Below, piece after piece: positions 1 to 7,747 of a DNA stretch of 33,326 nucleotides. Position 1 is the first letter of the stretch. Each line of letters opens with the position of its first letter. This DNA is from Klebsiella phage ST11-OXA245phi3.1: the sequence record MK416009.1. The stretch is one strand, 5' to 3'. Under the pieces are notes generated by a model. It did not search any database and was not told where the DNA came from. It saw only the letters and a program-made list of their open reading frames with translations. A program made the translations under genes and the position numbers.

Positions 1-936
1 TTATACATTTTTAGTAAAAACTCTTTTACATTTTGCCAAAACGATAATGTCAGTAAGTAAGCATTCAAAACTTGCGTTAGTGCCTACAACTTTAACCATA
101 CCAACGGGTATGCGAGTCAAATCTTTGATGCTTATTTTCCCTTCAATATTCACAAGCCACTTGCCATCAGTAACTTCATTAAATTTTGATTCTACAATAT
201 ATATTTCCTCATCAATGAATACTGCTAAAGGTTGCAGAAAGGTTCCTTCTAACAACTTAGAGTCAAAAGTCAAAACGGTTTCTTGAGCAAGAGATCCATC
301 AATTATTTTATGATATGGGATAGTGATAGTATTGATTCGAGGCTTTTCAAACATTGCCCCGTTACCAGTGGTTAGCCATGTTAATGAAGCACCAGTTTCC
401 AGTGAGCATTGAATAATCCAGTCAGCAGGAAAGGTATCTCTCATGTAACGATTGGCTAATGTACTTTTTGATACACCAATATGATCAGCTAAAGCTTGTC
501 TTGTCTTAAATCCATAAGCCAAAACGATTCGCTCTATTGCTGCTTTTCCGCCTTGGTTAATAGTAAAAAAGTTCTCATTTTGGATGTCTTGTTCTCTATT
601 GAGATGTTGATGCTTGCTGTCACAATTGTTGTGACTTTTTTCTGCATTATTTGTAATTCTTCCCTTCTCTGTATCAGTGCCAAATGCCAACCACTCGACC
701 GGCACTCCAGTCTCCATGCTACAGATAACGACCCAATCAGCAGGGAAAGTGTCACGGGCATACCTGTTCGCCATTGTACTTTGCGATATACCTAGGTGAT
801 TACAGAATGCTTGTCGGGAAGAAAAACCATAGGCTTTCAGTATCCGAGCTATAACCGATTGCCCTCCGCGATTCTGCATGATTAAGGATTTCTTTTTTTC
901 GTCCACATGGCGAAATGTGATTTCGTGTGTTGACAT
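1..936 (-). CDS. cI: Immunity repressor of 186 CI type. It has two tandem phage-CI-type HTH domains plus a non-peptidase C-terminal domain.
   Basis: Complete 311-aa ORF with its stop codon at positions 1-3. Two homologous ~85-aa segments are present (...ARILKAYGFSSRQAFCNHLGISQSTMANRYARDTFPADW... and ...IERIVLAYGFKTRQALADHIGVSKSTLANRYMRDTFPADW...). It is divergent from an apl/cII operon. No S24 Ser-Lys dyad motif (G-D-S-M type) was seen in the C-terminal domain. Confidence 0.7.
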   Translation of the reverse strand: MSTHEITFRHVDEKKKSLIMQNRGGQSVIARILKAYGFSSRQAFCNHLGISQSTMANRYARDTFPADWVVICSMETGVPVEWLAFGTDTEKGRITNNAEKSHNNCDSKHQHLNREQDIQNENFFTINQGGKAAIERIVLAYGFKTRQALADHIGVSKSTLANRYMRDTFPADWIIQCSLETGASLTWLTTGNGAMFEKPRINTITIPYHKIIDGSLAQETVLTFDSKLLEGTFLQPLAVFIDEEIYIVESKFNEVTDGKWLVNIEGKISIKDLTRIPVGMVKVVGTNASFECLLTDIIVLAKCKRVFTKNV

Positions 937-1024
937 AACCGATTTGTGATCCTATTCTCCGAAATGTGAAGTTGAAGCCACGATTAAAACTGACTCACCA
1001 CAAGCCAATAGGAGATGTTGCATC
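937..1024. promoter_or_regulatory. Lysis-lysogeny switch region (pR/pL-type promoters and operators) between cI and apl.
   Basis: An 88-bp intergenic region lies between the minus-strand repressor gene and the plus-strand apl-cII operon. An AGGAG RBS sits before the apl ATG at 1025. I did not resolve individual operators. Confidence 0.35.
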
Positions 1025-1246
1025 ATGACCCCTAACATTTCAATAACCCTGAATACGCCACATGTCACAATTGAGCGTTATAGCGAACTTACTGGTCTTT
1101 CAATCGACACAATTAACGATATGCTGGCTGACGGTCGCATCCCTCGGCATCGCCTTCGGAAAGACAAGAAAAGAGAAAAGGTGATGATCAACCTTGCTGC
1201 TCTTACCGTTGATGCACTTACTGATTGCAATGTTGTATTCAACTAG
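1025..1246 (+). CDS. apl: Apl/Cox-like excisionase and transcriptional regulator.
   Basis: 73-aa ORF that is the first gene of the rightward operon, immediately upstream of cII. It is small and basic with an HTH-like region ([24 protein letters not shown]). An AGGAG RBS lies 12 nt upstream. Confidence 0.6.
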   Translation: MTPNISITLNTPHVTIERYSELTGLSIDTINDMLADGRIPRHRLRKDKKREKVMINLAALTVDALTDCNVVFN

Positions 1247-1278
1247 TTCCATTTTGGGATGCATCAGGGGTGTCGACC

Positions 1279-1788
1279 ATGTTTGATTACCAAGTTTCCA
1301 AACATCCACATTTTGATGAAGCCTGTCGTGCATTCGCATTGCGCCACAACCTGGTGCAACTGGCAGAACGTGCTGGCATGAATGTGCAGATTCTGCGGAA
1401 CAAGCTGAACCCAGCTCAACCTCATTTATTAACCGCACCAGAAATCTGGCTGCTTACCGATCTGACTGAAGATTCAACGCTGGTAGATGGTTTTCTGGCA
1501 CAGATTCATTGTCTGCCATGTGTACCGATTAATGAGGTGGCAAAAGAGAAACTGCCACATTACGTCATGAGTGCAACCGCAGAGATCGGGCGTGTTGCAG
1601 CAGGTGCGGTATCTGGCGATGTAAAAACCAGTGCAGGTCGTCGTGATGCTATCAGCAGCATTAACTCTGTAACACGACTGATGGCGCTGGCCGCTGTTTC
1701 ATTGCAGGCCCGTTTACAGGCTAATCCTGCGATGGCGAGTGCAGTTGATACCGTGACTGGCCTCGGTGCTTCATTCGGTTTGCTGTGA
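1279..1788 (+). CDS. cII: CII-like lysogeny establishment activator (186 CII family).
   Basis: 169 aa from the ATG at 1279, the same length as 186 CII. The N-terminus [19 protein letters not shown] and the internal [25 protein letters not shown] match my memory of 186 CII closely. Confidence 0.8.
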   Translation: MFDYQVSKHPHFDEACRAFALRHNLVQLAERAGMNVQILRNKLNPAQPHLLTAPEIWLLTDLTEDSTLVDGFLAQIHCLPCVPINEVAKEKLPHYVMSATAEIGRVAAGAVSGDVKTSAGRRDAISSINSVTRLMALAAVSLQARLQANPAMASAVDTVTGLGASFGLL

Positions 1789-1795
1789 GGTGCTT

Positions 1796-1996
1796 ATGCT
1801 GACGAAAGAACCATCATTTGCATCGCTGCTGGTAAAACAAAGTCCGGCAATGCACTACGGGCACGGCTGGATCATGGGTGAGGATGGTAAACGCTGGCAT
1901 CCGTGCCGTTCACAAGATGAATTGCTGGCAGAACTATCTACGAAAAAACAGGGGAACAAATGGCTATTGAAGGCGCTGCGGCGACTGTTCCATTAA
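1796..1996 (+). CDS. Hypothetical early protein, at the position of 186 fil.
   Basis: 66-aa ORF from the ATG at 1796 with a GAGGTG RBS. It lies in the early operon after cII. I recognise no domain. Confidence 0.4.
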   Translation: MLTKEPSFASLLVKQSPAMHYGHGWIMGEDGKRWHPCRSQDELLAELSTKKQGNKWLLKALRRLFH

Positions 1997-2301
1997 GCCC
2001 CGGTGAACGCCTGAACGGACTTAATCACATTGCGGAATTAAGGGCGAAAGTATTTGGCCTGAATATTGAGTCAGAGCTTGAGCGGTTTATTAAAGATATG
2101 CGTGATCCACGGGATATCAATAATGAACAAAATAAACGGGCACTGGCTGCCATATTCTTTATGGCAAAAATCCCAGCTGAACGTCATAGCATCAGCATTA
2201 ATGAGCTGACCACTGACGAAAAGCGGGAGCTGATTAAAGCAATGAATCATTTTCGTGCAGTGGTGAGCTTATTTCCCAGACGGCTAACCATGCCGAATTA
2301 A
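1960..2301 (+). CDS. Hypothetical early protein, at the position of 186 dhr / P2 orf78-83.
   Basis: 113-aa ORF overlapping the previous gene by 37 nt in another frame. Codon usage matches the backbone. Confidence 0.45.
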   Translation: MAIEGAAATVPLSPGERLNGLNHIAELRAKVFGLNIESELERFIKDMRDPRDINNEQNKRALAAIFFMAKIPAERHSISINELTTDEKRELIKAMNHFRAVVSLFPRRLTMPN

Positions 2302-2368
2302 CCAACTAATGAAATTCATGGCGTAAACCCGCCGGGCATCCCTTTATCTAAATTCAGGAGAATTGATT

Positions 2369-2602
2369 ATGCGTAGTATTGAAACCCTCACGACTAAAAC
2401 CGGACCGGATGATGCAGGGCTTAATATTTTACTGACAGAGGCTCGTCTGGAAGACCGCCGGGCAAGGGCTGAAGCAATGGCAGCTCGCCTTGATAGCCTG
2501 GCGTGTCATATCACATCCCGCCAGCTAAACCACGTCGAAGCGGCAGAACTGCTGCGTGTGACTGCTGAAGCAATCCAGAACGAAGCGCAGGAGATCCACT
2601 GA
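2369..2602 (+). CDS. Hypothetical small early protein.
   Basis: 77 aa from the ATG at 2369 with an AGGAG RBS 9 nt upstream. Its stop overlaps the next start (ATGA). Confidence 0.45.
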   Translation: MRSIETLTTKTGPDDAGLNILLTEARLEDRRARAEAMAARLDSLACHITSRQLNHVEAAELLRVTAEAIQNEAQEIH

Positions 2603-2829
2603 TGGCTGATGCAATGGATCTCGTACAGCAGCGCGTTGAAGAAGAACGCCAGCGTCATATCCGTACTGCCCGCGCCAAAACGCCGGGCGTATCCCGCGTG
2701 CTTTGCATTGAGTGTGAAGCACCAATTCCGCCAGCACGACGTCGCGCCATTCCGGGTGTGCAGCTTTGCATTACCTGTCAGGAAATCGCAGAGCTGAAAG
2801 GCAAACATTACAACGGAGGTGCTGTATGA
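2602..2829 (+). CDS. TraR/DksA-family C4 zinc-finger protein.
   Basis: 75 aa carrying CIECEAPIPPARRRAIPGVQLCITCQ (Cys-x2-Cys...Cys-x2-Cys) at the C-terminus. This is typical of phage TraR-like proteins in P2 early operons. Confidence 0.65.
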   Translation: MADAMDLVQQRVEEERQRHIRTARAKTPGVSRVLCIECEAPIPPARRRAIPGVQLCITCQEIAELKGKHYNGGAV

Positions 2830-3683
2830 GCACCATCCTGAAATGGGCGGGTAATAAAACCGCCATTATGCCAGAACTGAAAAAATACCTTCCTGCTGGC
2901 CCGCGACTGGTTGAACCTTTCGCGGGTTCTTGTGCTGTGATGATAGAGACGGATTACCCCAGCTATCTTGTTGCGGATATTAATCCTGATTTAATCAACC
3001 TCTATAAAAAGGTTGCTGCTGATTGCGAGGCGTTTATATCTCGTGCCAGAGCTTTATTTGAGGAAGCAAACAGGGAGGTGGCTTATTACAACATAAGGCA
3101 GGAGTTTAATTACTCCACTGAAATTACTGATTTCATGAAAGCGGTATATTTCCTGTATCTCAATCGTCATGGTTACCGTGGGTTATGTCGCTATAACAAG
3201 AGCGGGCATTTCAACATTCCCTATGGGAATTATAAAAATCCGTATTTCCCTGAAAAAGAAATTCGCAAATTTGCAGAAAAAGCCCAGCGAGCAACGTTTA
3301 TCTGCGCCAGCTTTGATGAAACGCTGGCGATGTTGAAGGCGGGGGATGTGGTGTATTGCGATCCGCCTTATTACGGTACGTTTTCCGGCTATCACACTGA
3401 TGGCTTCACTAAGGATGACCAGTATCACCTGGCATCCGTTCTTGAACATCGATCATCTGAAGGTCATCCGGTCATTGTTTCTAACAGTGACACATCCCTG
3501 ATTCGTTCGCTGTATCGCAATTTCACTCACCACTACATCAAGGCAAAACGCAGCATCGGCGTGTCGGCTGGCGAGAGTAAATCTGCAACAGAAATCATTG
3601 CTGTTTCCGGGGCGCGCTGCTGGGTGGGATTTGCTCCTTCGCGTGGCGTAGATAGTTCTGCTGTGTACGAGGTGCGTGTATGA
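2826..3683 (+). CDS. dam: DNA adenine methyltransferase (Dam, GATC-specific N6-MTase family).
   Basis: 285 aa from the ATG at 2826. The N-terminus [15 protein letters not shown] is the AdoMet-binding motif, and a DPPY catalytic motif ([15 protein letters not shown]) is present. It sits between the small early genes and A, as in Fels-2/WPhi-type P2 phages. Confidence 0.85.
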   Translation: MSTILKWAGNKTAIMPELKKYLPAGPRLVEPFAGSCAVMIETDYPSYLVADINPDLINLYKKVAADCEAFISRARALFEEANREVAYYNIRQEFNYSTEITDFMKAVYFLYLNRHGYRGLCRYNKSGHFNIPYGNYKNPYFPEKEIRKFAEKAQRATFICASFDETLAMLKAGDVVYCDPPYYGTFSGYHTDGFTKDDQYHLASVLEHRSSEGHPVIVSNSDTSLIRSLYRNFTHHYIKAKRSIGVSAGESKSATEIIAVSGARCWVGFAPSRGVDSSAVYEVRV

Positions 3684-6094
3684 GTCATGACGATATGAGC
3701 AACTCTAGCGGCTTTAACGAGGCCGCTGCATCATTTTCATGGAACGGCCCGAAAAAGGCCATTAATCCTTATCTGGACCCGGCGGAAGTTGCGCCGGAGT
3801 CTGCACTTTCAAACCTGATCACTCTGTATGCTGCCGATAACGAGCAGGAACAACTGCGCCGCGAGGCACTGAGTGAGCAGGTCTGGGAGCGTTATTTCTT
3901 TAATGAATCCCGTGATCCTGTCCAGCGCGAAATGGAGCAGGATAAGCTCATTAGCCGGGTAAAGCTGGCGCATGAGCAGCAGCGTTTTAATCCAGACATG
4001 GTCATTCTGGCTGACGTCAACGCCCAGCCTTCCCATATCAGCAAGCCGCTGATGCAACGTATTGAATACTTCAGCAGCCTGGGCAGGCCAAAGGCTTATT
4101 CCCGCTATTTGCGTGAGACGATTAAGCCATGTCTGGAACGACTGGAGCATGTACGCGACAGTCAGCTATCCACTTCTTTTCGCTTTATGGCAAGCCATGA
4201 AGGGCTGGACGGCCTGCTGATCCTGCCTGAAATGAGTCAGGATCAGGTGAAACGCCTGTCTACCCTTGTCGCTGCGCATATGAGCATGTGTCTTGATGCC
4301 GCTTGTGGTGATTTGTACGCCACCGATGATGTTAAGCCAGAAGAAATCCGCAAGACATGGGAAAAGGTGGCAGCGGAAACCCTACGTTTGGATGTCATCC
4401 CGCCTGCGTTTGAGCAACTCCGTCGGAAAAGAAACCGCCGTAAACCAGTGCCCTATGAACTCATTCCGGGCTCGCTGGCGCGTATGCTGTGCGCCGACTG
4501 GTGGTATCGGAAATTGTGGAAGATGCGTTGTGAATGGCGGGAAGAGCAGTTGCGTGCTGTCTGCCTGGTCAGCAAAAAAGCATCTCCCTATGTCAGCTAT
4601 GAAGCTGTGATGCATAAACGTGAGCAGCGCCGTAAGTCGCTGGAGTTTTTCCGTTCTCATGAACTGGTGAACGAAGACGGCGACACGCTGGACATGGAAG
4701 ATGTGGTAAACGCCAGCTGCAGCAACCCGGCGCATCGCCGCAATGAGATGATGGCCTGTGTTAAAGGTCTGGAGCTTATCGCGGAAATGCGCGGTGACTG
4801 CGCCGTTTTCTACACCATTACCTGTCCGTCACGTTTCCATTCCACGCTCAATAACGGCAGACCCAATCCGACCTGGAAAAACGCGACGGTAAGACAAAGC
4901 AGCGATTATCTGGTCGATATGTTTGCTGCATTTCGTAAGGCGATGCACAAAGCCGGGTTGCGCTGGTATGGCGTGCGGGTGGCTGAGCCGCATCACGACG
5001 GCACAGTTCACTGGCACCTGTTGTGTTTCATGCGCAAAAAAGACCGCCGCGCCATTACTGCATTGTTGCGTAAGTTTGCTATCCGTGAAGACCGCGAGGA
5101 GCTGGGCAATAACACGGGGCCGCGCTTTAAGTCTGAGCTGATTAACCCGCGCAAAGGAACGCCGACAAGCTACATAGCGAAATACATCAGTAAGAACATT
5201 GACGGGCGTGGTCTGGCTGGCGAGATCAGCAAGGAAACGGGTAAATCTCTTCGTGATAACGCTGAATACGTGAATGCCTGGGCGTCTTTGCATCGTGTTC
5301 AGCAATTCCGCTTCTTTGGTATTCCGGGGCGTCAGGCTTACCGTGAACTGCGATTGCTGGCTGGTCAGGCGGCAAGGCAGCAGGGTGACAAAAAAGCAGG
5401 TGTGCCGGTACTGGATAACCCGCGCCTTGATGCCATTCTGGCTGCTGCTGATGCTGGTTGTTTTGCCACCTATATCATGAAGCAGGGAGGTGTACTGGTT
5501 CCCCGTAAATATCACCTCATCAGAACTGCTTATGAAATTAACGAAGAGCCGACCGCCTATGGCGATCACGGTATTCGTATTTATGGCATCTGGTCACCCA
5601 TTGCAGAGGGCAAGATCTGCACTCATGCAGTGAAGTGGAAAATGGTTCGTAAGGCCGTTGACGTTCAGGAGGCGGCAGCCGACCAGGGCGCTTGCGCCCC
5701 TTGGACTCGTGGCAATAACTGTCCCCTTGCTGAAAATTTGAACCAACAAGGGAAAGACAAATCAGCTGATGGGGATACCAGGACGGACATTACCCGCATG
5801 GATGACAAGGAGTTGCACGATTACCTGCACAGTATGAGCAAAAAAGAGCGCCGGGAACTGGCTGCAAGGTTACGCCTGGTGAAACCGAAACGGCGTAAAG
5901 ACTACAAACAGCGAATTACAGACCATCAGCGACAGCAGCTCGTCTATGAACTGAAGTCCAGAGGATTTGATGGCAGCGAGAAAGAGGTCGATTTACTCCT
6001 TCGCGGCGGCAGTATTCCATCAGGAGCAGGCCTGCGTATCTTCTATCGGAACCAGCGTTTGCAGGAAGATGATAAGTGGCGAAACCTGTATTAA
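3680..6094 (+). CDS. A: Replication initiation endonuclease, gene A (rolling-circle).
   Basis: 804 aa. The conserved catalytic tyrosine region [12 protein letters not shown] and the His motif [10 protein letters not shown] are present. Position and size match P2/186 gpA. Confidence 0.85.
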   Translation: MSHDDMSNSSGFNEAAASFSWNGPKKAINPYLDPAEVAPESALSNLITLYAADNEQEQLRREALSEQVWERYFFNESRDPVQREMEQDKLISRVKLAHEQQRFNPDMVILADVNAQPSHISKPLMQRIEYFSSLGRPKAYSRYLRETIKPCLERLEHVRDSQLSTSFRFMASHEGLDGLLILPEMSQDQVKRLSTLVAAHMSMCLDAACGDLYATDDVKPEEIRKTWEKVAAETLRLDVIPPAFEQLRRKRNRRKPVPYELIPGSLARMLCADWWYRKLWKMRCEWREEQLRAVCLVSKKASPYVSYEAVMHKREQRRKSLEFFRSHELVNEDGDTLDMEDVVNASCSNPAHRRNEMMACVKGLELIAEMRGDCAVFYTITCPSRFHSTLNNGRPNPTWKNATVRQSSDYLVDMFAAFRKAMHKAGLRWYGVRVAEPHHDGTVHWHLLCFMRKKDRRAITALLRKFAIREDREELGNNTGPRFKSELINPRKGTPTSYIAKYISKNIDGRGLAGEISKETGKSLRDNAEYVNAWASLHRVQQFRFFGIPGRQAYRELRLLAGQAARQQGDKKAGVPVLDNPRLDAILAAADAGCFATYIMKQGGVLVPRKYHLIRTAYEINEEPTAYGDHGIRIYGIWSPIAEGKICTHAVKWKMVRKAVDVQEAAADQGACAPWTRGNNCPLAENLNQQGKDKSADGDTRTDITRMDDKELHDYLHSMSKKERRELAARLRLVKPKRRKDYKQRITDHQRQQLVYELKSRGFDGSEKEVDLLLRGGSIPSGAGLRIFYRNQRLQEDDKWRNLY

Positions 6095-6186
6095 TTACGC
6101 GGGTTAACAATTCGTGCTCTTAATAATACCAGGCATATCAGGCTGATGAACGTAAAAAAACGTTTTACATCAGTAATATTATTATA

Positions 6187-6206
6187 TACTGTAAATATAA
6201 ACAGTG
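6187..6206. promoter_or_regulatory. LexA (SOS) box overlapping a sigma70-like promoter.
   Basis: TACTGTAAATATAAACAGTG fits CTGT-N8-ACAG with an AT-rich spacer and is close to the consensus TACTGTATATATATACAGTA. TTTACA and TATACT -35/-10-like hexamers lie immediately upstream and overlapping. The box sits 40 bp upstream of the ORF at 6248. Confidence 0.6.
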
Positions 6207-6247
6207 GCTATACATACAGTGTTGCTTGTGGTGTCATAGGAGGAAAG

Positions 6248-6436
6248 ATGCAGGACTATTTTTTGGAGTCTTTGAAGCTCCAGCGCATTGATTTTTTTCT
6301 TAAGCTTGTAGCGGCTAGTGAGTGTAGTGATGAAGAGAAGGGGCTGGCTTTGCAGTGGGTTTCTGAACTGACAGATGAACTCATGGCAAAAATCAGAACC
6401 CACGAATACAACCGCTCAATGGATGTCATCAGCTGA
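6248..6436 (+). CDS. Small hypothetical protein, first gene of the SOS-controlled operon and a candidate antirepressor.
   Basis: 62 aa with an AGGAGGA RBS 4-10 nt upstream. It is downstream of the LexA box and 10 nt upstream of the DinI-like gene. Confidence 0.45.
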   Translation: MQDYFLESLKLQRIDFFLKLVAASECSDEEKGLALQWVSELTDELMAKIRTHEYNRSMDVIS

Positions 6437-6446
6437 GGTGACTTTT

Positions 6447-6680
6447 ATGCGCATTGAAATAATGATCGATAAAGAGCAGAAGATTAGCCAGTCTACCCTG
6501 GACGCCCTTGAATCCGAGCTTTACCGCAATCTGCGCCCCCTGTATCCCAAAACGGTAATCCGTATCCGTAAAGGTAGCTCTAACGGTGTGGAACTGACCG
6601 GACTGCAACTGGACGAAGAAAGAAAACAAGTGATGAAAATTATGCAGAAGGTGTGGGAAGACGACAGCTGGCTGCATTGA
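6447..6680 (+). CDS. DinI-family protein (DinI/MsgA/Tum C-terminal-domain-like).
   Basis: 77 aa, MRIEIMIDKEQKISQSTLDALESELYRNL...VWEDDSWLH. It resembles E. coli DinI (MRIEVTIAKT...ETWESADDWF) in length, N-terminal MRIE start and acidic C-terminal W-rich tail. A GAGGTGA RBS is present. Confidence 0.7.
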   Translation: MRIEIMIDKEQKISQSTLDALESELYRNLRPLYPKTVIRIRKGSSNGVELTGLQLDEERKQVMKIMQKVWEDDSWLH

Positions 6681-6734
6681 TTTTGTCAATAGACGCTTGT
6701 TTTTTCTAATCAAAAAGGGTTACATATGAGTGAG

Positions 6735-6769
6735 AGGCGATGATCAATCAGATATCGCCTTGTTTTTTG
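6735..6769 (+). terminator. Rho-independent terminator of the SOS operon.
   Basis: AGGCGAT...ATCGCCT stem followed by TGTTTTTTG. Confidence 0.45.
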
Positions 6770-6794
6770 TCAAGAAAAGAATAATAGGCTAAAA

Positions 6795-7472
6795 ATGAAA
6801 ATTAATAATGTAGCGTTACCAATATCTCTTGCTGTAATCCTAACTGGTTGCGTACCACATGCTTCTAACCGAAATATCACTGCTATTGAAGTGGTGAAGC
6901 CTGCTATTGGGCAAAGTGCTACCGCCTACATGGGCGATCCCATTATCACATCTGCTACTGGATTTAAAACGGACGTATTAGAACTTGGTGCGGCTAATGG
7001 TGCATTGTCTTCTATCGCTGCTGGTACATATTGCAGTGAGGGGAATGGAATTTATCGCAATTATCATAACCCTCAAGCTGTTGCGTTAAAAAATCTCTAT
7101 GGGCAAATCGGTAACTATGTTGATTATGTTAGTTACGATGCTGCAAAAAATGAGATATCACCGCCAAATGGCACTTCTTATACTGCATCAGAAATTTCTA
7201 TCAAACGTGTTCCTGATGGGCTGTGTCGAGTGAGTAACTCATTGGTTAAGACTATCGAATACAATGGAAATGCAGGCGGTGTAATGAAGTTCACCTATCG
7301 TGAATTTGCAAACGATATGGCTCGTGCAGCATTTACAACAGATTTTTCTGTAGATTCTAAAGGAAGTGATGTTATCGCTTACAAAGGTGCCAAGTTCAAA
7401 GTGAACAAGGCTGATAACTCGTCTATTTCTTATACCATTATTTCTGGCTTTGACAAGGCTGTCACGTTCTAG
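6795..7472 (+). CDS. Predicted lipoprotein of unknown function (moron).
   Basis: 225 aa. The N-terminus MKINNVALPISLAVILTGC has a signal peptide plus a lipobox (LTG-C). It lies in a low-GC (~40%) region that departs from backbone composition. Confidence 0.7.
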   Translation: MKINNVALPISLAVILTGCVPHASNRNITAIEVVKPAIGQSATAYMGDPIITSATGFKTDVLELGAANGALSSIAAGTYCSEGNGIYRNYHNPQAVALKNLYGQIGNYVDYVSYDAAKNEISPPNGTSYTASEISIKRVPDGLCRVSNSLVKTIEYNGNAGGVMKFTYREFANDMARAAFTTDFSVDSKGSDVIAYKGAKFKVNKADNSSISYTIISGFDKAVTF

Positions 7473-7576
7473 GTTTCACGCTTACTGAGTATGTTACGAT
7501 TTTGCACATTCTGCATAAACGCGCATGTCTATGCTGCATGAGATCGCATGATCGTTTGAGGATCTTTTGTGTTAAG

Positions 7577-7600
7577 GCCCGCCAGTTCTAGCGGGCTTTT
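7577..7600 (+). terminator. Rho-independent terminator.
   Basis: GCCCGC-cagttcta-GCGGGC stem followed by TTTTG. Confidence 0.5.
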
Positions 7601-7645
7601 GCGTAGATCATGCAGGTGCATGAAAACCACTACATAAAGTGGGCA

Positions 7646-7664
7646 GGCGTGGCGGGGATACGAG
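7646..7664. other. Putative cos (cohesive end site) of the prophage.
   Basis: GGCGTGGCGGGGATACGAG followed by CGCGCGCTG. It resembles the P2/186 19-nt cohesive ends as I remember them (GGCGAGGCGGGGAAAGCAC / GGCGTGGCGGGGAAAGCAT, followed by ..GCGCGCTG). It lies between gene A and portal Q, as expected for a P2-type genome. Confidence 0.4.
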
Positions 7665-7747
7665 CGCGCGCTGGAGGGATAAATGGAATTGAAAATGTAC
7701 CTTCTTAGAGATAACCTTCGCTAAAACTTTATTACTAAGGAGTGATA

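Noticed and set aside
3809-5569. Several long reverse-strand ORFs inside gene A (113, 117 and 246 aa).
   Set aside because: They are entirely antisense to a well-supported 804-aa replication gene. Their amino-acid composition is GC-frame-driven (Arg/Ala/Leu-rich), and they have no RBS or independent signals. I treat them as spurious.
6182-6403. 73-aa reverse-strand ORF overlapping the LexA box and the 62-aa ORF.
   Set aside because: It has no RBS and is antisense to an ORF with a strong SD and promoter. It is AT-rich sequence giving chance open frames.
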